A DNA stretch of 64,000 bases from a virus. The notes under the pieces are model-generated. The model ran no database searches, was not told the origin of the DNA, and saw only the letters and a program-made list of their open reading frames with translations. Below, in pieces: positions 36,689 to 45,639 of the stretch. The position numbers and the translations under genes are program-made. The stretch covers positions 1 to 64,000 of IMG/VR virus record IMGVR_UViG_3300035137_000026, one strand, 5' to 3'. The stretch's first letter is position 1. Each line of letters starts with the position of its first letter.

Positions 36689-36966
36689 GCTATAGCCAAC
36701 AGGTTTTCTGCTCTTGAGGATTATGTCTTCCTGAGAACGGCCTTCATCCTTCTTTGGACGAATGCTCCTTTGTAATTCTTGAAGCTCATCAGCTCCTGAA
36801 TCACTACCAGTGCGGGTATAGGCTCGCCACAGCTGTCTACGAATGATGATATACCGTTAGAGAATACTGTAGCTAGGACTGTGGGCTTCATGGTGTTGAG
36901 GAAGTATGAGTCTTCAAGCATTCTGCTGTTTTCTGTTATGCTGTTTGGTCGTTGAGCTTGGGCATA

Positions 36967-37773
36967 TTACACCAGTACTTTCGTGGTTGTGGACAGCTTC
37001 ATCCCCTTGGCTGTCATTTCTTTAATGAAGTCGTCTTGGAGGTTCTCGAAGCCTTGGACTGGAGAAGTCCCGTCAGCCAAGAGAACCAGCTTCTCGATCA
37101 CCTTGGGGTCGCTGAATCCATCAGCGACATCCCTTACGGTGTTGGCTAGGCAATGAGAGCCGGCCTCTCCTGCGATGAGGACCATGTCGGTCTTCTCGAG
37201 AGTCTGGATGAGCCTGGTGTTCAGCTGTGTTGTAGGGTCGTTGGGATCTGGCACTTCTGCCTTGACGCCGCTGTAGTGTTCGGTGAAGATATTGCTGCCC
37301 TTGGAGACGAAATCGATGGTTTTGAACTTTTTGTCGGCCCACTTGTTGAGTGCGTCCAGCACTTCAGGAACCACGGTGGCTCCAGGGCTGCCAATGAGAC
37401 AGTGGGGAGGCCAGATGCACAGTGGGTACCGCCCACTTGCTTCCAGAGCCTCAGTATAAGCTATCATCCTGGGTGTCAGGTCTGGCTGGGTGGTGTACCA
37501 GACGGCATTTTTGATGTCGTTGGATGTGATGATGGTGAAGGGGTCGGGCTGCTGGCTGCTGGCATTCTTCCACATGGCAGGGTGCGCAACGTCGATCAGG
37601 TGGTGCTGGTCCAACGTGACGTGGATATCTTCTAGCTTGCCCCCTAGCCTAGCGATCATGTCTGCTATCCGGAGCATGTCATTCTCTGCCCCTGTGACGT
37701 AAAGATTGCCTTGTGGGTTACAGAAGTCATGCTGCGGATCGATCAGCAGCAGGTGTACTTTGGCGAATGACAT
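36967..37773 (-). CDS. pncA: nicotinamidase (isochorismatase family)
   Basis: IDPQHDF, TLDQH, WPPHC, KG..., GEAGSHC. Confidence 0.88.
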   Translation of the reverse strand: MSFAKVHLLLIDPQHDFCNPQGNLYVTGAENDMLRIADMIARLGGKLEDIHVTLDQHHLIDVAHPAMWKNASSQQPDPFTIITSNDIKNAVWYTTQPDLTPRMIAYTEALEASGRYPLCIWPPHCLIGSPGATVVPEVLDALNKWADKKFKTIDFVSKGSNIFTEHYSGVKAEVPDPNDPTTQLNTRLIQTLEKTDMVLIAGEAGSHCLANTVRDVADGFSDPKVIEKLVLLADGTSPVQGFENLQDDFIKEMTAKGMKLSTTTKVLV

Positions 37774-37782
37774 TTCTTTCTC

Positions 37783-39162
37783 TTATTTTGCTTTCATATT
37801 CATGATTGGTTTTATCTGCTCAACCAGCCCGACTGTTGGAATAATAGCTTGCTGGATCTCTTCTGGGTTTTTGTATGCTTCCGGCGCTTCATCCAGTGGG
37901 ATGGCTGAGGTATAGATGCCGTTCATTGCTTTCTCGGCATCTTCTTGCTTTAGTATCTGCTTAGCTTTGGTGCGGCTCATAGCTCTACCAGCACCATGCG
38001 GAGCCGAGAAGTTCCAGGACTTTTCTGCCCATCCTGTACAGATCCAAGTACCGTCCTTCATATTGAACGGAATGATGACTTTCTCTCTGTAGGCAGCAAC
38101 GGCCCCCTTTCGGATTATGAGGTCCTTTGGGCTAATGTAGTTATGTACTGTCTCTACCTGCTCAAGTATTGATCTGCTAACCCTTTCGGTTGCAAGAAGT
38201 CTTGGTCTTAGCCTGTTCTGAACTGCTGGCTTAGGAACAATGTTGCTCAGGACATCCTGCATAATGGCAGCTCTGTTATGGGTAGCATAGCACTGGGCAA
38301 ATGCCATGTCGTATAAATAGTCATACATAGCCTTGCCCATAAGTGGTTCCAAGCCCTTCTGGCTAATGCCGCTAGTGATTCCAAGCTGTGCTCGTAGCTC
38401 TTGGATCTTCCTCTGGGTGTCTTTGGGTGATGTAGTCTTCTTGATTTGCTCAATCTGCTGCTGGTAGTTACCTTCCGTTGACTGCTTCTGCATTGCGGCG
38501 GCGAGTCTTTGGTGGTATTCGCAGACATTTTTGCCTAGCTGTCTTGAGCCGCTATGAACTATTACCCATAGAAGATCTTCGTTGGTTGATGAGATCCCTA
38601 TCTCGATGAAGTGATTCCCACCACCAAGAGTGCCAATTCCATTGAGTGCTCTTTGGAAGTCCTGTCCTATCTTGGCGCAAAGTGCTTGAAACCAAGTATG
38701 GTTGATCCTAGGTGGTTTTGGAGTGCTTGTACCAAACTTTTCACGCAACCTAATCCACAGTTGGTCCAAGCTTGATTGTGCCTCGGTGTAGAACTTGTGA
38801 CCGTCTTCGAGAGCATAGGTTCCGGTTGTATGATAATGTACTTCGAAACCGAATGGGATTCTGTCTCTGATTTGTTTATCTAGAGCGGCTAGATCCATGC
38901 CCTTCGGCTTCTGTATCTGGATACCGAGCATTCCACAGCCGATATCTACTCCAACCACGTTGGGGATAACCATCTCTGTCAGTGGCATAGTGAATCCAAT
39001 TACGGATCCTTTGCCAGTGTGGCAGTCTGGCATAATTCTGACTGGCTCAGTGAATGCCGGGTGGTTAAGCATGGTATAGATCTGACTAATACACTCTTGC
39101 TCTACATTCTCTTGCTTGGCAAAAATAATTGCCTTTGAGTATCGTCCCTGGATCTCGAACAT
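37783..39162 (-). CDS. rtcB: RtcB RNA ligase
   Basis: MPDCHTG, GVDIGCG, GTLGGGNHFIE, HSGSR, HNY, RKGA, PHGAGR, DEAPEAYK. Confidence 0.95.
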   Translation of the reverse strand: MFEIQGRYSKAIIFAKQENVEQECISQIYTMLNHPAFTEPVRIMPDCHTGKGSVIGFTMPLTEMVIPNVVGVDIGCGMLGIQIQKPKGMDLAALDKQIRDRIPFGFEVHYHTTGTYALEDGHKFYTEAQSSLDQLWIRLREKFGTSTPKPPRINHTWFQALCAKIGQDFQRALNGIGTLGGGNHFIEIGISSTNEDLLWVIVHSGSRQLGKNVCEYHQRLAAAMQKQSTEGNYQQQIEQIKKTTSPKDTQRKIQELRAQLGITSGISQKGLEPLMGKAMYDYLYDMAFAQCYATHNRAAIMQDVLSNIVPKPAVQNRLRPRLLATERVSRSILEQVETVHNYISPKDLIIRKGAVAAYREKVIIPFNMKDGTWICTGWAEKSWNFSAPHGAGRAMSRTKAKQILKQEDAEKAMNGIYTSAIPLDEAPEAYKNPEEIQQAIIPTVGLVEQIKPIMNMKAK

Positions 39163-39182
39163 TGCTTTATATCTCAACAGAG

Positions 39183-40028
39183 CTAAAACTCGAAGGCTGG
39201 TGGTAATGGTTCTGCGCCCTCGAAGATACACTCTACCCGGTTAGGGATACTAGTTAGCTTAGGAAACACGACCATCTCAACATCAGTTCGTTCGATTGTC
39301 ATGTTGGGGTTCTTTCGTGCATAGTGTTTGGGTGGAAGTTGTTCTATCTCTTCAGCTATGAATGGTCTTTTCCTCTTGACTCTCCTGAAGTAGGAGCCTC
39401 TCTTCTCCTGTGGAGAGTAATGGTTCCAGTTAATCCCATATTTTTGGAAGAGCATTTCCTGAAGCTCTGGTGTCTGCTTCCCTTGCATCTCCTGATGGGA
39501 GAACTTGCTTTGTGCCACTGCTAGGATGCTGTTTCTGGTGGCATCCAGCTCCCTCCAGATTAGACAGTTTACAGCCTCTGTGAGTGATGGTACCTGAAAT
39601 ACACGGCAATCGAAGGTAGCTGGCGGCTTGTGGAAGAATAGCTGTGCACGTTCGTTCATATCTGCTTTAACAGTTTTCTGTACTTCTATATTGAAGTAGG
39701 CTGTGCACATGCTTGCTAGCACACTATTCATCTTCTGGAGCTTGCCATCGAAGAAGATTTGGCTCTCTATATCGTCGCTGTAGAATATAAGGGTGATTTC
39801 ATCAGATTGGGTGTATCCAATAACAGCGCATGTCTCTTGTACGAGTCTCTTTGTGGTGATCTGCATCATCTCCATGAACTTGCTATCGAATGGGCGGTCT
39901 AGGCCTTTAGTCCATGTGTGGAATGCTCTCCCGTCGAGGCGGGCAATTATAGGCAGAAGTGGAATTGCTTTCATTGCCCAGTTCTTCTCGTAGAGCTTTA
40001 TTCTATCGCTAAGTGTTATCTTATCCAT
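39183..40028 (-). CDS. Thg1-like tRNA-His guanylyltransferase / 3'-5' polymerase
   Basis: RLDGRAFH, YTQSDEI, FFDGK..K, FDCR, WRELDATRNSI. Confidence 0.93.
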   Translation of the reverse strand: MDKITLSDRIKLYEKNWAMKAIPLLPIIARLDGRAFHTWTKGLDRPFDSKFMEMMQITTKRLVQETCAVIGYTQSDEITLIFYSDDIESQIFFDGKLQKMNSVLASMCTAYFNIEVQKTVKADMNERAQLFFHKPPATFDCRVFQVPSLTEAVNCLIWRELDATRNSILAVAQSKFSHQEMQGKQTPELQEMLFQKYGINWNHYSPQEKRGSYFRRVKRKRPFIAEEIEQLPPKHYARKNPNMTIERTDVEMVVFPKLTSIPNRVECIFEGAEPLPPAFEF

Positions 40029-40226
40029 TTGATTTATCTTTGCAGGTGTGTTGGGTTGCATCTTCTTCGAATAGTCGCCAGACTGGTCTATATCTACTAC
40101 CAATATTTCTCCAGTGTGGTGCGGTTTGCTGGCAGTGCCGGCATGTCTTAGTTCCGTTGGGGCCATATAGCATTTCTTCTATCATGCTGTTGTCATTTAT
40201 TCAGTCGGCCATATCTTCTATTGGAG

Positions 40227-40721
40227 TTACCTCCAACTGGTGTCGCCCTCTAGGGTATAGACGACAACCTCTACATCTTGGGCAAGGAGGGTTTCTTTGA
40301 TAAGGCCCTCTATGACCTGCCATGTGCCGCCTGCTAGCCCGCAACCAATACGGGGAATATGTACACTGGCTTCTTGTTGCTTAGCATGTGTGGCTAGCTT
40401 GTTAAGGCACTGGCGGACCCTGTCGTATCTGATTGGAGGGATGTTTCCGTAGGGCTTGGTGTCGTGTTGTCCGATCATGTTGCAGACGTAAGTGTCGTCC
40501 TCAACCTGGACAAGTTGTGTCATGCCGAGAGTAAAATCTGGCATGTCATCTGCACCTTTTGCCCAGTGGCGATAACTCTTCTCGGGAAGCTCCCACTTGT
40601 TTGAAAGGGCAACCACGAAGCCACGACCCCATCTGCCTTTGTTGTTGCAGATGTGTGCAATAATTTTGTTTCCGTCGCCTTGTGGCTCGAGAGTATCACC
40701 TGTTACGTACTTGATCGTCAT
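40227..40721 (-). CDS. macrodomain protein (Appr-1-p processing / ADP-ribosyl hydrolase)
   Basis: GD, HICNN.G.WG.GF, PRIGCGLAGG.W. Confidence 0.9.
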   Translation of the reverse strand: MTIKYVTGDTLEPQGDGNKIIAHICNNKGRWGRGFVVALSNKWELPEKSYRHWAKGADDMPDFTLGMTQLVQVEDDTYVCNMIGQHDTKPYGNIPPIRYDRVRQCLNKLATHAKQQEASVHIPRIGCGLAGGTWQVIEGLIKETLLAQDVEVVVYTLEGDTSWR

Positions 40722-42028
40722 TAACTGATCTCTTCTGGGTCGACGTATTCGTCGTTATTCTTAGCAATACCTTCTAGCTCACAGAACCAGAAGCTCTTAT
40801 ATTTGTAGTGAGTCTCTACATTAGGAGCTTCTACTCTGAGAACGATACCTTCTCTGATATGGTCAGTATCGAGTAGAGAATTCCCTTGGGATAGTTCCTC
40901 ACATAGTTCTAGTAACTTACTACTATCACCATCATAAATGAATGGTTCTTTAATCTGTGGAACTGTGTCTAGTCCTAGCTCTCTACAACGTGTAACCATC
41001 TGTGTCCATGGTAATTCAGTTACCTCTCTACCTGGACCAGTTCTGGTGATTCTGTAGACTGCAATCTTGTATGTTCCTGGGTCGCAACCATATTTGTACA
41101 CCATCTTGGTTCCATACTTCTTCTTGAGTTTGGAGTCTTTGATGTTGTGCGCACCCATAATCAGGGCACCATCTTCAGAGTACCCTACAATTTCGTAGTA
41201 TAGGGTTTCTCCATCTTGAAGTCCTATATCCCTGATTTTATTATGGATAGTTGCTCTGAATTGTTTACCAGAGTAGTATCCTCCGTCGTCCACTTGTTTA
41301 GGGTCCAGGACCACACGTCGGGAACCAGTGACGTACTTGTACTCGCTGGTCTTAAATTTCTCTCCAAATATTTTATTCCAGGTTCTCTTGAACCAACCGA
41401 GTTCCTTAACCTGACGAAGCTTTCCTGTGCGTGCAGAAGTACCATGTATCTTCTCAGAGATTGAGAGTATTGCTCCAGCTGGGATGAGGTCTACCATCAT
41501 CCTAAGCTTCTGTGTATTGAAGTGCTCACGGAAGTCTGGGAATGATTCCTTTAGGATTCTCTTTGAGCTGCGGCGATCCTTATTTGTCCCACTCCCCATC
41601 ATCTTTCTAGTAGCTGGGGTGTAGTACTTATTACAGATTGGCTTACCATTTAGCTCATCGATTAGGTCACCTTTGGTGAGCCTCTCTATATCAAAGCCAG
41701 TCCACTTGAGCATCTTTAAAGGAACCCAGTAGCCCATAGACATTTCTTTACGAAACCTTTGTGCTCTCACACGTCGGTTGTCATCAAAGAATCCAGCCTT
41801 AGCTTCTGGGTTGGCATTTAGGTGTGTGTGCCTATGTAAGTTATTTCGCTGGCACATCTCCAAGCTTAGCTGTCCGTCTTCAGGAAAGAAGATGCCTAGC
41901 GTGCCTTCTACTATATCTGTAGAGATGATAACTTGATGCCCAGCGGCAGTACCCAGCATAAGCCTATCGGCATTAGAGTGAGATCTTATGTTCACGATAG
42001 GTGTAATAATTGCTTTATAGTTACTCAT
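40721..42028 (-). CDS. RNA ligase, DRB0094/Rnl2-like, with N-terminal OB domain
   Basis: HSNADRL, EKIHGTS, YYEIVG, REGIVLR, YKYK. Confidence 0.85.
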   Translation of the reverse strand: MSNYKAIITPIVNIRSHSNADRLMLGTAAGHQVIISTDIVEGTLGIFFPEDGQLSLEMCQRNNLHRHTHLNANPEAKAGFFDDNRRVRAQRFRKEMSMGYWVPLKMLKWTGFDIERLTKGDLIDELNGKPICNKYYTPATRKMMGSGTNKDRRSSKRILKESFPDFREHFNTQKLRMMVDLIPAGAILSISEKIHGTSARTGKLRQVKELGWFKRTWNKIFGEKFKTSEYKYVTGSRRVVLDPKQVDDGGYYSGKQFRATIHNKIRDIGLQDGETLYYEIVGYSEDGALIMGAHNIKDSKLKKKYGTKMVYKYGCDPGTYKIAVYRITRTGPGREVTELPWTQMVTRCRELGLDTVPQIKEPFIYDGDSSKLLELCEELSQGNSLLDTDHIREGIVLRVEAPNVETHYKYKSFWFCELEGIAKNNDEYVDPEEIS

Positions 42029-42073
42029 CTGTAAGTACCTCTAGTAGTTATTAGATCTTGCCATACGAACCTC

Positions 42074-42364
42074 TTAGTCTTCTACTGGCATCCACTTTCT
42101 AATGGTGACCTCTTTTTCTTCTACCTCTACGATTTCACTATCGTATTGGTACTCATAGTCCGTGAAGTAACTTCCTGATCTACTGGCCGATACTTTCCAG
42201 CAAGTACCATCTGCGTCTCTGAAAATTTTGGTACCAAATGAGTATTTTCCCTCATCAGTGAAACCGATATCCTTGACTAATTTATAATCAGAATGCTCTT
42301 CGTCAAAGATGCTTTCTACTTCTTCTTCTGTAAGTTTCTTCTTCATTCTATTGCTCCTTGGCAC
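42074..42364 (-). CDS. hypothetical protein
   Basis: ORF track. Confidence 0.6.
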   Translation of the reverse strand: MPRSNRMKKKLTEEEVESIFDEEHSDYKLVKDIGFTDEGKYSFGTKIFRDADGTCWKVSASRSGSYFTDYEYQYDSEIVEVEEKEVTIRKWMPVED

Positions 42365-42444
42365 ATCCGGCAGGACTCGAACCTGCAGTGCTTTTCAGCG
42401 CCGGATTAGAAGTCCGGTGGGTTATCCGGTTACCCTACGGATGC
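42359..42444 (-). tRNA. tRNA-Arg(TCT) with long variable arm, CCA encoded
   Basis: CCGGA-CTTCTAA-TCCGG; variable arm GCT-GAAA-AGC. Confidence 0.92.
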
Positions 42445-42768
42445 ATTATCTGATTACTTTGATCTGTGAGCTTTCTCTTTCTTTACATTTCCTCCAGCTT
42501 CAAACTTGTCTGTATTGATGTCGAACTTTAGTTCTACTTTTGGATCAGACATTCTGTCCTCTATGTGATGTAAGCATATCTAACAGATTCATCTTGCTAG
42601 GTAACTCGAATAGGTCCCAGTTACCAGACACCTTACAGGTGGCAAGAAACATACCAGTGTTTCTGTCTTAGAATAAGTATAGATGCATCACTTACCTAAT
42701 ATCTTTCCTAAGCATGGTATACAGAAATACCAACTATGCCATTTACCTTCAAAGATTGCTTTATCTAC

Positions 42769-43119
42769 TCATGCTTTTTCTCCAGGATGGATTAAATGTC
42801 TTACCTTTCCTATCTTAGAGAGATGACGGATATGATTCTTCTTTACTCTTACAATGCGACTAGACTTTAGCCTTAGGTCTGTATCATAGTCGCCATCAAA
42901 CAGATCTACTGTCAGTAGGTCTTTATAGTATTCGAGTTTTAGCTCTCTGGATTCCTTGTTAACTTTATACCAGCTATTATCTTCATATGCTCTTTCAGCC
43001 AGTTCTGCATAAGGAGCTAGCCTTTTACGAACATATGGCTCATGTATCATAAGGGTATGTTCTGGAGGAATTCCATGAATATATGTGAAGAGTTCTCTTA
43101 TCAGGTTGGTAAAGCTCAT
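42769..43119 (-). CDS. hypothetical protein
   Basis: Start MSFTN just 3' of the tmRNA. Confidence 0.5.
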   Translation of the reverse strand: MSFTNLIRELFTYIHGIPPEHTLMIHEPYVRKRLAPYAELAERAYEDNSWYKVNKESRELKLEYYKDLLTVDLFDGDYDTDLRLKSSRIVRVKKNHIRHLSKIGKVRHLIHPGEKA

Positions 43120-43129
43120 TATCTTACCT

Positions 43130-43478
43130 TGGTGGACCCATGTGGCATCGAACCGCAGTCCAAACACTATCCATGTATAGATCGTTACATGCTTAGTCTA
43201 CTCTATCCAACCATCTACCAGTGGATATCATAAATGGAGGTTTTGTCTTTTGTGTTTCGCCGCTGATATAAAGACAAACTCTGGCGGCTAGTTACATTAA
43301 ATTGCGCCTCGTCCAAATATGTAATCTCATTGGATTTGGCGGCTAGTTTGCTTACGCAGTGGCTAGCATAGGTTGTACATCGTTGCCGATTGTACTTTGG
43401 TTACTTTCTAATCTGGTACAACCATCCAGGGCATGCACTATAAGCTTCATTAGTACCCGTCGAAGCTATGTCAAGCCC
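43130..43478 (-). ncRNA. ssrA: tmRNA; tag (A)GNDVQPMLATA at 43352-43387
   Basis: 5' GGGCTTGACATAGCTTCGACGG; 3' GGTTCGATGCCACATGGGTCCACCA; G3-U70; tag ORF. Confidence 0.92.
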
Positions 43479-43479
43479 A

Positions 43480-43773
43480 TTATTGGTGTACTTTGACCAA
43501 CCTTAGATCATTATCATGTTCTACCCTATCGTGCAACGTTTTTACGTTTTGGAATAGTTGCCGAAGGTGTTCCATGCAGTGTTTCGCCCATTTGTCTGAC
43601 TCGGAGAGATATTTGTCTTCTGTGTTTGGGATAGGCTGTGGATACATATTCAAACTACTCTGGGCACTAATGATTTCACACATTATGCCTTGGAGAGCAG
43701 TTGCTAAGGTATCATCCTTATTTATTGTTAGCGGCTTTGACATTACTATTCTTTCCCATTGACTTTTAGCCAT
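43480..43773 (-). CDS. hypothetical protein
   Basis: ORF track. Confidence 0.55.
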   Translation of the reverse strand: MAKSQWERIVMSKPLTINKDDTLATALQGIMCEIISAQSSLNMYPQPIPNTEDKYLSESDKWAKHCMEHLRQLFQNVKTLHDRVEHDNDLRLVKVHQ

Positions 43774-43868
43774 ATCTCAGCATTACTAGGAATGGGCGTA
43801 ACTCCTTGTTTCCTCAGGCGAAACTCCCATCCTTTGCCACTAGCACATCTAAGTGGATAATGGTGTGG

Positions 43869-44153
43869 CTACTTGTCTTCTAGAACCTTTGGGATTATGT
43901 ATACTGTGATGTCTTTTCCATGCTTCTCCCATGTTCTGAACTCGAACTTGATGGTATTCTGGCGGCTATTCAGATTAGTCGTGGTACATCCGTGGGCGAT
44001 TCCATTGCTGTAGAGTATGGCTCCACCACCAAGGAGGGGATCGCCATAATTATTTCGCATGTGGAGCTAACCGCAAATGTAGTCATTGTTGGCTGTTGTA
44101 GTCAAGCTAACTGTTGATAATACCAACAGAATTGTGGCAATTGTTCTCTTCAT
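43869..44153 (-). pseudogene. exported protein gene with in-frame TAG (44067-69)
   Basis: MKRTIATILLVLSTVSLTT signal peptide...CG*LHMRNN. Confidence 0.5.
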
Positions 44154-44681
44154 GGTGTCTTCTGTTTTGTGGGAAATATTACCCTGTTTTTCCCACAAGA
44201 CTGTGGGAAGGGTAAAGGTGCTGGTTTTTGTCCCTAACACGTTCCCTGGTCATCTTTGGAGGGTGGCCGAGTGGAAAGCACCCTGTGACCTGTATGGGGG
44301 TTGTTAACCTCACCGTCCGTGCTCCGCAACTGGATTTGCTAGGGTCGCTAGGATAAACCAGCAAACCTAATTAGTCTGCAGTTTTAGGTCGTACAGTGGA
44401 CCGGGAGCAACACCAGAATGGTAATATGGCCCTCTACCATGGCAGCTATTTAGCGTCAGCTCCGAGACATGGAGGAATAGGCCTGCCCTTAGAGTACTGT
44501 GTGTTGTGCTCCAGGCTTGTCAGTGTGTCAGGATTCCATTACTCTTCTAAGGTCCCAAACCAACGGCGGACCAACGTGAGAAGAGGTAAGATCCTGAATG
44601 GGTTAGCGTATTCCTCCGTCTGTGAATCTGTTCTTAACCATGTATTCCGACCTATGTGGTCTTATGAACTAGCAGACAGAT

Positions 44682-44756
44682 TGAAAGGGGTTGGATTTGA
44701 ACCAACGTTTCCGGGCATCACACCGTGGGTGTCTTAGGCCGCTAGATGACCCTTTC
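44682..44756 (-). tRNA. degenerate tRNA (His-like, GTG in a disordered anticodon arm)
   Basis: GAAAGGG/CCCTTTC acceptor, intact D and T arms. Confidence 0.55.
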
Positions 44757-44868
44757 AGTTAGGCCAGTTTGACCCCTGACCCAAGGGTTCTCCAAGGAGT
44801 TGGTGGGATGGCTGGGGGCAAGCCGTTTGTCTCCCACTAACTAGAAACATTCTAGTTATAACTAATAA

Positions 44869-45639
44869 CTAATAGTACTCTCCGTCTTCATTGGAGTTGT
44901 GGAAGTACCTATCCTCTAGGTTAAGGTCATCTATAAGTCCGGTGGTCTCGCTTAACTGCAACATTGCCTCTGTAATAAATTTGGTCGTGGCTTCATGGTT
45001 CGGTTCTACTATATATTCTTCTGGTTCAGGTTTATCTGTCCATGTTCTGACTATGACTGGCCAGAATGTATTGTTTGCGAGTCCTTCTTGAGTCTTCTTG
45101 ACTGTTACTTCTCTCCCTTGTGCTTTCCTTAGGTGTGGGACTAGCACACATTTTGGTGTAAGCTTGGCTACAACTGCGTAGCCCGAGCTGAGGTCGTACC
45201 TCCTCTTACCAATGCTGTATGATACGCCAGTTACTAGGACATCTTCGCCTTCTACGTCATCGGCTGGGTGTCCCTGTATCCAGGGGAACCATTTTTTACC
45301 CTTTGGTAGGTATTCTTTACCTTTACAGATAGCACTGACGGGCAGTGATCTGCCTGGGGTTACTTTCCTATCCTTCAGGAAGATACTAATCTCCATTGGT
45401 AGCCTCCTCGTATGTCCTGAGGGTTGGTATTTCTGTGTGTCCGAGCTGCCAGATAATCCGGCCGCACTGTTCACATTCCAGCCCCAGCAACCCTTTACCA
45501 GGGATGTGGGCTCCGCTCTGGTTACTGCCTGACTGCGTAATCTCGTACCATTTGAGTTTGCCAATGGCTTGAGCTGGTATTGCCTGTACATGTAGTGCTG
45601 GTACTCTCTTGGCCTCGTCGGCTGAAAGGCACTTGACAT
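44869..45639 (-). CDS. hypothetical protein (true start probably near 45400)
   Basis: ORF track. Confidence 0.55.
   Translation of the reverse strand: MSSAFQPTRPREYQHYMYRQYQLKPLANSNGTRLRSQAVTRAEPTSLVKGCWGWNVNSAAGLSGSSDTQKYQPSGHTRRLPMEISIFLKDRKVTPGRSLPVSAICKGKEYLPKGKKWFPWIQGHPADDVEGEDVLVTGVSYSIGKRRYDLSSGYAVVAKLTPKCVLVPHLRKAQGREVTVKKTQEGLANNTFWPVIVRTWTDKPEPEEYIVEPNHEATTKFITEAMLQLSETTGLIDDLNLEDRYFHNSNEDGEYY

Noticed and set aside
43790-43865. Riboswitch or ribozyme-like leader (CTGAGGAAAC)
   Set aside because: It can form stems, but matches no aptamer or hammerhead layout that I can support.
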